64,000 nt of DNA from Nitrospirota bacterium (GTDB lineage: Bacteria; Nitrospirota; Thermodesulfovibrionia; Thermodesulfovibrionales; UBA9159), in the NCBI GenBank assembly GCA_963699545.1, contig CAVOUE010000005.1, positions 256,001 through 320,000 of the forward strand, read 5' to 3'. A model generated the notes under the pieces. It worked only from the letters and a program-made list of their open reading frames with translations. It did no database searches and was not told the origin of the DNA. The translations under genes and the position numbers were made by a program. Shown here in pieces: positions 30,078-39,974 of the stretch; position 1 is the stretch's first letter, and the number at the start of each line of letters is the position of its first letter.

Positions 30078-30680
30078 TCAAAATCTGTACCCGAGGACTC
30101 CCGCAACTATGAAGCCGTTCAGATTCGTCTTCGCGTCGAAAAGGTTTGCCTTCGTGGTGACGATATACTTGCCTTCGGCTCCGATAAACACGCTTTGTGA
30201 AATATCCACGGAAAGGCCGACCAGGACATGGCCTCCCAAGACCGCGCCGCTGTCCTCCGTCGTTGCGTTCAGTGACGGACCGCTCACTTTCGTTTCCATT
30301 GTTGCGAAATAAACCCCCGCGCCTCCTCCCACAGTGACTTCGCCCCCCTTGAAAGGAAGCACCCCTTTGACGCTTGCCGTGACAGGGACGACCCAAATGT
30401 GGCTATCCGCACTCGAAGCGGTACCACTCGTCGATGCACTGCTCCTGAAGTACCCGACCCCGCCTTCAACAGCCAGGTTTGGATTAAGGTATCTGCCGAC
30501 CGCCATTTCTCCGTTGAAGGCCGTGCCGAACCCTCTGTCATTGAGGTCCCCACCAGGGAAATATGCACCCGGCTTCACCAAGAAATACGATCCCTTCCAC
30601 TCCGCGGCAAAGCCGGGAAGAGGCGCCATTACCATAACGACAAGAACCAAACATGCGGCTGCGATGACTGAACACTTCAT
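30078..30680 (-). CDS. Outer membrane beta-barrel protein (OmpW/OmpA-like)
   Basis: Signal peptide, alternating beta strands, terminal GYRF. Confidence 0.85.
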   Translation of the reverse strand: MKCSVIAAACLVLVVMVMAPLPGFAAEWKGSYFLVKPGAYFPGGDLNDRGFGTAFNGEMAVGRYLNPNLAVEGGVGYFRSSASTSGTASSADSHIWVVPVTASVKGVLPFKGGEVTVGGGAGVYFATMETKVSGPSLNATTEDSGAVLGGHVLVGLSVDISQSVFIGAEGKYIVTTKANLFDAKTNLNGFIVAGVLGYRF

Positions 30681-30991
30681 GTTCTTCCTCCTTTTGTCTG
30701 TTTAATCACAGCGTCACTGTGCGCCGTGAGTGTCAGAAGGGTTATGACAAAGACCGCGCGTTTCATGAACTCATTCCTGTTCTTCCATAGAAACGGCCGT
30801 ACCCAAGAATATCCTGCGACCCGCAGCATATTCTTGGGTTTCTCTATTGCGTGCTGGATTATAGCTTCCCGATATGCGTATGTCAATGTCATATCAGCTG
30901 AGGAGATATCTGCTGCTGAAAGCCGCCGCCGCGTGTTATGAGCGGGGGCTTTCCTGCAGCGCTTCACACCACGTTCTCCGTGTGATATCCT

Positions 30992-31540
30992 ATGAGCATG
31001 AGCAGACGTAGATGGTCGCAAAGCTGCATGTTCGTCGCGGTACTGTTCCTCTCCCTGGCCGTCATTTCCTGTGCCCCGGCTCCCTTGTTAAAGACCTCTT
31101 TGGTGCAGCCGGGGGAGATAACCGGGACGTATACCCTTATTCTCTATGGAGCGAGATACAGCGGCGATATAGAGAACGTTGCCATACTCGCAAAAGAGGG
31201 GACGGGGTACACCTTCGATGTCTATGCTCCTGCATTCGACTACAAAGTGAAGAAAGCTCTCCCTGCGGATGAGGCCCTTGAAACGGCTCAACGCTTTGTC
31301 GGTTTTCATTATGCGTTCAGGCGCTCGCAACTGAGCGGGATCATGGACGATAGAGGAGTGGTTATCGGGTATGAAGTGCGGCCTCTCTATTCCCCGCTGG
31401 ACTTCGGTTATTCCGATGTCCTCGATATCACCTACCTCCGTCAGGACAGCAAGGTGGTAGTAAGGATCCGGCTCATACCGGAGCTGGACAGACCACCCTT
31501 CAGGGAGAATAACCCTTTCCTCTTCAGATTTATAAGATAG
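30992..31540 (+). CDS. Hypothetical lipoprotein
   Basis: Hydrophobic signal with VISC lipobox; 182-aa ORF. Confidence 0.7.
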   Translation: MSMSRRRWSQSCMFVAVLFLSLAVISCAPAPLLKTSLVQPGEITGTYTLILYGARYSGDIENVAILAKEGTGYTFDVYAPAFDYKVKKALPADEALETAQRFVGFHYAFRRSQLSGIMDDRGVVIGYEVRPLYSPLDFGYSDVLDITYLRQDSKVVVRIRLIPELDRPPFRENNPFLFRFIR

Positions 31541-31605
31541 AGAAGGAGCAAGCGCTCCGTTCCTCTCCCTCTCAAAGACAAACCGTTTCCTGTTACAATA
31601 GTGTC

Positions 31606-32238
31606 ATGCCGCTGAGGATCGATCTGCACGTGCATTCAAAATACAGCGGAGATAATGTCTCCGAGCCCGAGGAGACGGTCCTTAAGGCCATCGAGCTGAA
31701 CCTGGACGGCATCGCCTTTACGGAGCACTACTCATACGAAGCTTCAGAGCCTGTCGAGAGGCTGAAGGAAAAATATCGGGACGCGATCAGGATATTCAGA
31801 GGAGTCGAATTCTCCTCTGCAGAGGGGCACTGTCTCATCTTCGGCGTAAACACCGACCTCCTGCGCATCAAATACGCGCCTGTGGAAGAAGTGGTGCGGA
31901 TCGTCAACGATGCAGGCGGGGTACTCATCCCTTCACATCCGTACAGGATAGGGAACAGCCTCGGAGATATCGTGCGGCGGGTTAAGGGAATATGCGCACT
32001 GGAAGGATATAACGGCTGCAACATGCATGCATACAATGAAAAGGCCGTCGAAGCGGCACTATCGTTACGCCTTCCCTATACCGGCGGGTCCGATGCACAT
32101 GCCCCCGAAGAGGTGGGCATGTGCTACACCGAGTTTGACGGCGGCATCGCAGACGATGATCTCGTCGTCTTGCTCAAGAAAGGACGTTACCGGGGCGTTG
32201 ATGCACGGTCCCGGTTCAGGCGCTTTTCGCCTTATTGA
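31606..32238 (+). CDS. PHP domain metal-dependent phosphoesterase
   Basis: DLHVHS, FTEH, GVEFS..GH, SHPY, GGSDAH. Confidence 0.9.
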   Translation: MPLRIDLHVHSKYSGDNVSEPEETVLKAIELNLDGIAFTEHYSYEASEPVERLKEKYRDAIRIFRGVEFSSAEGHCLIFGVNTDLLRIKYAPVEEVVRIVNDAGGVLIPSHPYRIGNSLGDIVRRVKGICALEGYNGCNMHAYNEKAVEAALSLRLPYTGGSDAHAPEEVGMCYTEFDGGIADDDLVVLLKKGRYRGVDARSRFRRFSPY

Positions 32239-33661
32239 AGATGCCCCGCCTGGCCCAGAGCCAGAAGAGACTCCTGATGCTTTTGAAAGCGACCCCGAGG
32301 TCATGGAGGCTCCTCAGTTCCAGGATCCTCCTGAAGATAAAGGAAGGCCTTGAATAGAATCTCCTGAAAGCCGTCTGCCGAAGTTTCAGTATCTCTTCCC
32401 TTGTCATTGTGCGGGGTATGAACGCTGCGCCCTGATAGGTAAAGTCCGTAAGCTCCTGTGACATGGTGCCGTACTTTTCGAGGTTGTCATACAGATAGGT
32501 ACCGGGGAAGGGCGTGATGGCGTGAAAATTTGCGATGTCAGGGTTGAGGTCGATCGAGAACTGAATGGTCTGGAGGCCTTCCTCGAACGTCTCCCCAGGG
32601 ATACCAAAGATGAACGGCGTGCTGACCCTCAGGCCGACCTCCTTCGCCGCTTTCACCGCCTTCCGTATCTGCGGAAGGGTTGTGCCCTTCCGTATGGTGT
32701 TGAGGTTCTTCTGGACGCCGCTCTCCGCACCGAAGAGAATTGCCCAGCAACCCGCCTCCTTAAATGCCTTGAGCAGCGGTTTGTCCACCTGGTTCACACA
32801 TGCGGAAGCAAACCATGTGAAATCAAGACGCCTCGCCTTTATCTCCCGAGCAAGGTTCATCGCGCGGTCATAATCTGCGGCCAGGGTATCATCGATGAAC
32901 TTGATCTCCCGGTATCCCTCTTTCAGGCAGTGCTCTATCTCTTTCAGGACATTCTCGACACTGCGGTAACGGATCCCGCTCTTCCTCTCTCTGTCCATCT
33001 GGAAACAGTATATGCATCTCCTGTTGCAGCCCCTCGAGGTCATGAGGACGGCTACAGGCTTCCTCCGGTACGTGGCAGGGGGAGGGATATAGCGGTTTGA
33101 ATCCCCCAAAAGTTCCCTGGCAGGAAAGGGGAGGGAATCAAGGTCAGTGATCAACGGCCTGGGAGGGTTCTTCCTGATGTTCTTTCCCTCGCGGTAAACA
33201 ACACCCATGACCCCCTCGAGACCTTTTCCAGACCGGAGCCTGTCGACCATCTCAGGGACCGTAAATTCTCCCTCACCGGTGACCACGGCATCAAGAGATT
33301 CTCCTGCATCCTCAAGACATCGTTCCTGTAGGGCAATGGGATAGGGACCTCCCGCACAGATGAAGGTCTGCCCGCACAGGCTGCTCCTGAAATCGCGGGC
33401 TGCCTGTTTCGCCTTTTCCCAGCCGAAGGTTGTGGAATATATGCCTATGAACTCCGGCTCAAACTCCCTCACACTTCTTAGGATCTCTTCCTTGGTCATG
33501 AATGCGCCGTTCAGGAACCTCACTTCATGACCTGCCTTCCGGAGCATCGCAGCAACATAAAGGGTCCCCAGGGGCTGCCAGTAGTTTATCTGCGAACCTG
33601 CGGTCTTCGAGGCGAATATCTCTTCCGGGACCCATGAAGGTATGACCAGTGCGCATCTCAT
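32216..33661 (-). CDS. B12-binding radical SAM protein
   Basis: QPLGTLYVAA cobalamin-binding domain, GGPYP, GEGE, SRGCNRRCIYC, GAESG. Confidence 0.92.
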   Translation of the reverse strand: MRCALVIPSWVPEEIFASKTAGSQINYWQPLGTLYVAAMLRKAGHEVRFLNGAFMTKEEILRSVREFEPEFIGIYSTTFGWEKAKQAARDFRSSLCGQTFICAGGPYPIALQERCLEDAGESLDAVVTGEGEFTVPEMVDRLRSGKGLEGVMGVVYREGKNIRKNPPRPLITDLDSLPFPARELLGDSNRYIPPPATYRRKPVAVLMTSRGCNRRCIYCFQMDRERKSGIRYRSVENVLKEIEHCLKEGYREIKFIDDTLAADYDRAMNLAREIKARRLDFTWFASACVNQVDKPLLKAFKEAGCWAILFGAESGVQKNLNTIRKGTTLPQIRKAVKAAKEVGLRVSTPFIFGIPGETFEEGLQTIQFSIDLNPDIANFHAITPFPGTYLYDNLEKYGTMSQELTDFTYQGAAFIPRTMTREEILKLRQTAFRRFYSRPSFIFRRILELRSLHDLGVAFKSIRSLFWLWARRGIFNKAKSA

Positions 33662-33683
33662 AAGGGAATGCCTTCCCGTCTTG

Positions 33684-35168
33684 TCACTGCGTTGCCGCAT
33701 CGGCGGAAACAACCTCGTCTTTGCATACCGCTCCATATTTTTCCGGGATTACCTCATCGGTCGCAACCACCTCACCGCAATGACGCTTCCCTTCCCCACT
33801 TGTGTCTGTCTCCCCTATGATGGTCCCTGCCGTGCGTATTCCGGATTCAATGGCATGGTCCATGTTGTAGTATCTGAACATCCCTCCCCTCCCCGCGATA
33901 TGGAGGTTCCTGAACCGTCCCAGATATTCATACAGCTCATCACACGGTCCACTGTATCCCACTTCGAAGAGGGGGTAGGCCTCAGGTACCCTCACCACCA
34001 TGCTGTCCGTGACCTCGTGCCTCTTCATGAACCCGAGCGCCTCGAGGTTCTCAACCGCGATATCGGCCAGCCGTTCATCTCTCTCTCTCCATAAGGTGTC
34101 ACCTTTATAGCTGAAGAATTCAGTAACGAGAACTGTCTCGCCCTCCGGGGCCATCTTTTCGCTCCAGTTCGTCGGCTCATGAATTCTTCCAAAAGGTATC
34201 CTCTTCTCGGGGATGTAGATCCATGTCTGGTCGGTAACTCTCTTCCGCTTCACCATGACCGCAACGACCACCAGGTCTCTGAACCTGAGCTTTGAAGCAG
34301 CGGCCAGGACCCTTTCCGGCGGAGCGGGATCGAGTTTCTGCACGAGCTTTGTCAAAGGCATGCTTGAGATGAATTCCTCTCCGGACACCGTGGTCGCGGT
34401 ACCCCGGCTGTTCACCACGAGACCGTCTATCCTGAAGCCCGTGTGCATAATGCGCTCCACACATGCCCCCGTGACAACATCGCCGCACTTCTCTATCTCC
34501 TCCCTGAGCCTGTCGGAAATCCGCCCGATGCCCAGTGCCGGGTACAAGAACTCATCTGCAAGGGTCGGAAGATCCTTTCCGTTCAATCTGAAGAAGGCAT
34601 TCTTAACGGCTTTACCCAGAGAAAGTCCCTTGATACGCTGAGATACCCATTCCGCGCTTATCCTGCCACAATCGATCCCCCAGACCTTTTCGCTGTATTC
34701 CTTGAAATAGATATCGAACATCTTCCGGCCGAAATTGCTCACTACCCAGTCTTCAAGGGACAGGATGTCGGTCTTCTTCACCATCCTCCTGAGTCTTTCA
34801 GCGGCATAGTCGCTCATTATCCTGACTGTCGTGGGTATGCCCAGACCGAAAACCGCATTGAAAGGTTTCAGGGGATAATCGAAATATTTGCCGCGGAGGA
34901 AGATCTTGCTTTTGCGGGGGACGGAAACCAGCTCATCCTTCATCAGATCCATCACAAACCGGTCCACTGCCGGGTCCTTTGTGAAGAACCGGTGACCACC
35001 AAGATCAAAGCGGAAACCGTTCCGGACAATGGTCTTTGAGAGACCCCCCACAACGCTATCCCGCTCGAAGAGCCTCACCTTGAATCCGGCCCTGGTCAAG
35101 ACATACCCGGCGGAGAGACCGGTGAGCCCTCCCCCTACTATCAGTATCTCTTTTTTTTGATTGGCCAA
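33684..35168 (-). CDS. FAD-dependent oxidoreductase (UDP-galactopyranose mutase/PPO-like)
   Basis: GGGLTGL Rossmann motif, FDLGGHRFFTK, AYP, GRGGMFRYYNMDHAI. Confidence 0.85.
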   Translation of the reverse strand: MANQKKEILIVGGGLTGLSAGYVLTRAGFKVRLFERDSVVGGLSKTIVRNGFRFDLGGHRFFTKDPAVDRFVMDLMKDELVSVPRKSKIFLRGKYFDYPLKPFNAVFGLGIPTTVRIMSDYAAERLRRMVKKTDILSLEDWVVSNFGRKMFDIYFKEYSEKVWGIDCGRISAEWVSQRIKGLSLGKAVKNAFFRLNGKDLPTLADEFLYPALGIGRISDRLREEIEKCGDVVTGACVERIMHTGFRIDGLVVNSRGTATTVSGEEFISSMPLTKLVQKLDPAPPERVLAAASKLRFRDLVVVAVMVKRKRVTDQTWIYIPEKRIPFGRIHEPTNWSEKMAPEGETVLVTEFFSYKGDTLWRERDERLADIAVENLEALGFMKRHEVTDSMVVRVPEAYPLFEVGYSGPCDELYEYLGRFRNLHIAGRGGMFRYYNMDHAIESGIRTAGTIIGETDTSGEGKRHCGEVVATDEVIPEKYGAVCKDEVVSADAATQ

Positions 35169-35309
35169 ACGGTCCCCTGCTCCTGACTAAAGGGTAAATT
35201 TTATTATAGTAGTATTATAAGGTATTTGGGGGTTCGAATGCCCGGGGATTAGCTGATACGCATCTTAAGAATGGAGCATGTCCAAACACTTCGCTTCTTC
35301 ACCACAATG

Positions 35310-35342
35310 AAAAAGCCCTGCGTAAAGGCCGCAGGGCTTTTT
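35310..35342 (-). terminator. Rho-independent terminator (A/T tracts on both sides)
   Basis: AAAAAGCCCTGCG-TAAAGGC-CGCAGGGCTTTTT. Confidence 0.8.
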
Positions 35343-35363
35343 CATAATCATCAAACGATATCT

Positions 35364-35846
35364 TCACTCTACCTTTGCACCGCTTGGTACAAGCAAAACG
35401 GGTATTTCTGAGCTATTTGCCACTTCCCTGCTGACGCTTCCCATGAACAAGTGCGTCGTCCTTCTGCCCCTCGAACCGATAACGATCATATCAGCTCCCT
35501 CTTCCCTGGCGGTTGCGAGTATCTCTTCAGCGGGATGGCCTTTTCTCAATACGGTTCTAACGCCTGTTACGCCCCTCTCCTCCAATGCCTTCTTGTAATA
35601 ATTCAGGATCGTCTGCGCCTTTTTGTCCAACGCCTCCTGGTATTCCGTTCCCTCTAACACTTCCTTCAGGGTCTTCATTTCCGAAACGCTCAGCAGTTGA
35701 TCGTCCATTAAGGATCTGCCTTCAAGTTTCTCCACATAGACCAGAAGAACCGCCTCCGGACGTATGCAGGAACATACATGAGTGCACATTTCAAAGGCAT
35801 TCTTGGTGCCTTTTGTATCGTCTACTGCAATCAGTATTTTTTTCAT
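35364..35846 (-). CDS. Universal stress protein
   Basis: MKKILIAVD, GHPAEEIL, IVIGSRG, MGSVSREV, PVLLV; true start at ATG 35846. Confidence 0.9.
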   Translation of the reverse strand: MKKILIAVDDTKGTKNAFEMCTHVCSCIRPEAVLLVYVEKLEGRSLMDDQLLSVSEMKTLKEVLEGTEYQEALDKKAQTILNYYKKALEERGVTGVRTVLRKGHPAEEILATAREEGADMIVIGSRGRRTTHLFMGSVSREVANSSEIPVLLVPSGAKVE

Positions 35847-35881
35847 TTTTTCCCCTGCCCTGTTGGTTAGTATGCGCCGGC

Positions 35882-36183
35882 CTACTTGCCCGTAGCCGCC
35901 CGCCGCCGGCTTGGACGGTGCTCCATATCCGCCTGCTGCAGAAGGCTGCCCCGTATCCGCCCGCTTTCGGAGCGGCTCCATACCCACCCGCTGCCGGCGC
36001 CGAGCCGTACCCGCCGGCCGCCGGCGCAGATCCGTAGCCTCCCCCCGCCGGAGCAGACCCATAACCGCCTGCCGCCTGTCCCTGACTGGCCTGTGCAGTC
36101 ACGTCATGCTGCTGGCTGTAAACCAGCAGAAACCCCAGCATTCCCGCAACGATCAATATCAAAACCACCAAAGGTGCTTTCAT
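35882..36183 (-). CDS. Membrane-anchored GGYG-repeat protein (two apparent 1-nt indels)
   Basis: GGAGG RBS, N-terminal TM helix, then seven GGYG units (AAGGYGSAP-like) split over two frames; removing one G gives the ending GGYGK-stop. Confidence 0.7.
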
Positions 36184-36229
36184 CGTACCCTCCTCGTTGT
36201 TTCATAGAGAGGCAACATTATTATCTCTC

Positions 36230-36481
36230 TTATCCCTTTTTGATCTTCAGATATATTTTGCCGCCTTCTGTCCTCTTATCCACTACCTCATGACCTACCT
36301 GATCACACATCTGGACTATTGTTTCAACAGACGAAGGATTATCAAGGACCACCTCAAGAACGTCACCCTCGGCCATTTTCTCGAGGGATTTTTTGCAGTA
36401 GATCTGGGGATGCGGACAGACATATCCGCAGACATCAAGCATATATGCTCCCTCACCTGTCTTTTCAAATTTCATAGCCAT
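36230..36481 (-). CDS. tusA: TusA/SirA family sulfurtransferase
   Basis: LDVCGYVCPHP (CPxP) motif, GDVLEVVLDNPSS. Confidence 0.88.
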   Translation of the reverse strand: MAMKFEKTGEGAYMLDVCGYVCPHPQIYCKKSLEKMAEGDVLEVVLDNPSSVETIVQMCDQVGHEVVDKRTEGGKIYLKIKKG

Positions 36482-36517
36482 GACAAACTTCCTCCTTTAA
36501 TTTGTTTTTTTGTTATA

Positions 36518-37951
36518 TCAAAACTCGTCCATCTCCTTTGCCATCTTTCTCTCCGACCACCAGTTGAAGAACTTGACCCCGAAAAAAGCTCCGACTACCA
36601 TGCCTCCGCCGTACAACCATCCGCTCGGATCACCTCCGGCCACCCTGATAAAGAAGGCGCCGATATTGCAGCCGAGGGCAGGTCTTGAACCAACTCCCAT
36701 CAATACGCCGCCGATAAGACCCCAGGCAATAAGTTCGCCTTTCGGCAGCTTGAACTTGAATTCATTGTTCATCCGGGCCATGACCATGGCGCCGAAAATA
36801 ATGCCGAACGACATCCAGAGTGCCGGATTACGCCATGGCTCAGGAAGTCCGTTATTGATTCCGAAGAATATGTTGTTGTGCATATTCCAGCCGAATTTCT
36901 CCAGTATCCACGCCCCGAACTGCCCTTCCTGACTGGTGATATACCAGTACCCGGGGTCAAAGACAGTGCCCTTGATCGAGACATCTGCTTTATGACCCAT
37001 CCTTACGAGAAGCTCTCCGAAGTTCGTGACACCGAACTTGATCTGCATTCCCTTCATCACAAAGATATGGAGTCCGGCAACAATACCGATCAGCACACCC
37101 ATCAGAGTGGTCCTCTTGGACGCCGTTATCATATTCCATAAACCGGCAAGTTCGTCGCCGAACCCCATCGTTGCCCCACCCTTCGCCTTCGCCCTCTTCT
37201 TCATAAAACCTTTTCTTATGTAAAAGACATAGATAACAGTAAGGAGTATCGCCGCCGGTATAAGGGCATTCAGCAGCGAGTCAGCAACAAAATACTTTGC
37301 CGCGCCCGGCAGCGCATCAGAAACAGCCTTTGTATGAGACAATTGCAGTGTCGGCTGATCCCATATATAGCCGGCCAGATAGGTGTCAAAGGATGAGGTC
37401 ATTTTATCGGCAGGAAGTCCTTTAGCCAGCGCTGAATCTACCCATTTCTGGGGGATCAGGAAGTTAAACCATTTGACATTAACAAACACCGCCTGTCCGA
37501 TACAGAGTCCAAAAAACGCGGCTAAGAAAGATGTCCCGTTACCCTCACCTATTTTGTAGAGAGAGCCCGATGCGCAACCACCGGCAAGGACCATCCCGAC
37601 GCCGAAGATCATTCCTGCTATCAAGGTATGTATGCCGAACGGAGCAGGATGGAAAGTGCTCATATTGGTTGAAGCAAGGGTTGCCTGAATAGTACTGAAA
37701 AATATAAGCGCCACCAGAATGCCGACCGCCATTCTCGGGACACCGGCAGCAAAAAGGTCTCTCGAAGCCGAGGCAAAACAGAACCTCCCGTATTGAAGCA
37801 TCATTCCGTAGGCAAATCCGAACCAGATGTACGCCACGAGGTACATGTAATACACGTTTGTCTTATAGTACATCACGCTGATAAGGATAAGGATGCCCGT
37901 GATCAAGAAAGCCCAGATTTGTCCTTTTTTGTTATTGTCTTGATCCGCCAC
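36518..37951 (-). CDS. YeeE/YedE family sulfur compound transporter
   Basis: Multi-TM; GRFCFASA, GMVLAGGCASG and LGCNIG conserved Cys motifs; directly upstream of tusA. Confidence 0.9.
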   Translation of the reverse strand: MADQDNNKKGQIWAFLITGILILISVMYYKTNVYYMYLVAYIWFGFAYGMMLQYGRFCFASASRDLFAAGVPRMAVGILVALIFFSTIQATLASTNMSTFHPAPFGIHTLIAGMIFGVGMVLAGGCASGSLYKIGEGNGTSFLAAFFGLCIGQAVFVNVKWFNFLIPQKWVDSALAKGLPADKMTSSFDTYLAGYIWDQPTLQLSHTKAVSDALPGAAKYFVADSLLNALIPAAILLTVIYVFYIRKGFMKKRAKAKGGATMGFGDELAGLWNMITASKRTTLMGVLIGIVAGLHIFVMKGMQIKFGVTNFGELLVRMGHKADVSIKGTVFDPGYWYITSQEGQFGAWILEKFGWNMHNNIFFGINNGLPEPWRNPALWMSFGIIFGAMVMARMNNEFKFKLPKGELIAWGLIGGVLMGVGSRPALGCNIGAFFIRVAGGDPSGWLYGGGMVVGAFFGVKFFNWWSERKMAKEMDEF

Positions 37952-38128
37952 CTTTAAACCCTCCTCTTGAATAGTGAATGGGATACTTGACCCCGTATTT
38001 CCCTGTATATTTCGACCCCGCTCCCCCTGTTATGTGTAGTGCCTATTGTTATAAAAGGGTCCGGCAAAAGTCAATAAATAGGCCCATAAAAAACTAAAAT
38101 ATATTAACATTTGAAACCTTATACCTCT

Positions 38129-39844
38129 TCACCTCGCCCCGCTTTGGGACGGCGTGGGAGAGTGTGCCATATACAAGGCAACCACGGTCCTGAAACTGAA
38201 TACCCCTTCATAGGTATCCAATTCGCGGAGCAATCGGTATCCCTTCAGTCTGTCCCGCACGTTCCCCGGGAGGGTTTCCACCGGTCCTGCTGAAAGCACT
38301 ACCACAGGGATGTTCCCCTCGGAGCATCCATCGCAGTCACGGTAGTACCGGGGGTTTGCGTATTCCCACGTGAACCGGAGCGGTGAACTCGCAGCCTCTT
38401 CCCCGCGAGGGAAAAGCCCTGGATCATAATCGTAGATGATCCTCTTCCTGGTAAACAGATCAAGGAGAGGTACAGCGACCGCCGGGTTCAATGCGGCGTC
38501 CTGCTGCGGCAGCGTATAGACCCGCGCTGTTCGCCCCTCAAGACCGTCCAGCAATTCACCGGCCTTCGCCAGGTTCACCGTGCTGATCTTGCCCAGAAAA
38601 GGACGGTACGCCATGAGCGAAACGGTAAGAGATGAAATGAGGGCACACACCACGATAAACCGCCGCAGATCACTGTCCCGGATCTGTTGCAGCCCATAGG
38701 AAGCCATTAACGCGACCATCGGGAATATGGGGAGTGTGTAGCGTATGCGTCTCACCTGAAAAACGACCAGGAGGATGACCAGACAGCTTATGATCGTATA
38801 CCTGATGTCCCTTTTCCTGAAGGCCACATAAAGGGAAGAGAGGCTTGCGGCAGCAATAAAAGGATGCATCTGGAACAGGAACGTCGAGATAAAGCTCTCT
38901 CCCCATTTCGCAAGGCCGGGTCTTTGAAAGGTCGTGAGCAGTCTGAGTTGCTTCAAGAAAACTTCATGCTTCAGCAGAACCAGCGATCCTGCCATAAGCA
39001 GACCCACCCCCATGATGAGCACCGACCTCAGAAAATATTTCTTTCTTTCCTGCGAAGGGGCCTGAATCAGATACACCACCCCAATGACCGGAAGCACAGA
39101 GAGCATCGGCCATGCGGAATACTTGGAAAAGATGACGAGGAAAAGAGAAGCGGAGGCAAGTGCCATCATCCACCCTCCCTGTTCAAGGGCTCTCAGGAAG
39201 GTAAAGATCGTCAGTGTCAGGAAGAACATTGTCGGAACGTCCACCAGCATAAGGGGCACCTGGGAGAAGAGGTACGGCATACCCAAAAGAAGTGCTCCAC
39301 CCATCAGCCCGGTTTCCTTGTCCCACAGACATTTTCCGATGAGGTACGTGAGGACAACGGTCATCGAGAAGAGAATGGCTGTAAAGACCTGCGCATACAA
39401 CCTCACCTCACCAAAGATACGGAAGACCATTCCGTAGAGGAAAGGCATAAGGGGCAGGTCCGTCCAGCACTGAATCGCATTCCCCCATTCCCTGAAGAAA
39501 TACCCGACCCCGTACAGCTCCAGATGTTTTGCCTGGGTGAAATACCGGGACGCGTCAACGATGACCTCAGGCGCCTTCCACCAGGACGCAGCGACGATAA
39601 AGGAGGTGAAGAAAAGAACAAGGGACGGAAAGCGGGGGGAATAAGAGACCTTCAGGAAAAAAAGGGCAAGGCCGATGCTGGCAGAAAGAACGGCAAATAC
39701 GATTGCGGGGCTGATTCCGTTGAAGACCCACTGCCAGCTGGTGAGCCTGTTGTCATCCGCAGAGCGTAGTGCAAAAAGGAATATGAAGATCAGGAGGCTC
39801 AGGAGGGAAACAACAAGGAATGGCAGGCGGATAGTGCGGTTCAC
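38129..39844 (-). CDS. GT-C fold glycosyltransferase (ArnT/PMT, family 39/83-like)
   Basis: Many TM helices; DASRY, DLPLMP, LVDVP, SKYS motifs; C-terminal soluble domain. Confidence 0.78.
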   Translation of the reverse strand: MNRTIRLPFLVVSLLSLLIFIFLFALRSADDNRLTSWQWVFNGISPAIVFAVLSASIGLALFFLKVSYSPRFPSLVLFFTSFIVAASWWKAPEVIVDASRYFTQAKHLELYGVGYFFREWGNAIQCWTDLPLMPFLYGMVFRIFGEVRLYAQVFTAILFSMTVVLTYLIGKCLWDKETGLMGGALLLGMPYLFSQVPLMLVDVPTMFFLTLTIFTFLRALEQGGWMMALASASLFLVIFSKYSAWPMLSVLPVIGVVYLIQAPSQERKKYFLRSVLIMGVGLLMAGSLVLLKHEVFLKQLRLLTTFQRPGLAKWGESFISTFLFQMHPFIAAASLSSLYVAFRKRDIRYTIISCLVILLVVFQVRRIRYTLPIFPMVALMASYGLQQIRDSDLRRFIVVCALISSLTVSLMAYRPFLGKISTVNLAKAGELLDGLEGRTARVYTLPQQDAALNPAVAVPLLDLFTRKRIIYDYDPGLFPRGEEAASSPLRFTWEYANPRYYRDCDGCSEGNIPVVVLSAGPVETLPGNVRDRLKGYRLLRELDTYEGVFSFRTVVALYMAHSPTPSQSGAR

Positions 39845-39974
39845 AAAGATTAGATTATATGAAACCCCGCCCTCTTTTCAACATCCTGCCGATATTCGCA
39901 CGTTCACCTCTCTTTGGAAGGATTCCCGTGAATTCCAGGAGGCACCGCGTGATGCCTCCTGGAAAGGAAGACAG

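Noticed and set aside
35847-36062. N-terminal extension fusing the repeat region to Usp (232-aa track ORF)
   Set aside because: It arises from the apparent indels in the GGYG gene; Usp has its own ATG and purine-rich RBS at 35846
35885-36072. 27-bp periodic repeats as a CRISPR array
   Set aside because: The units are degenerate at codon third positions with no unique spacers; this is a protein repeat
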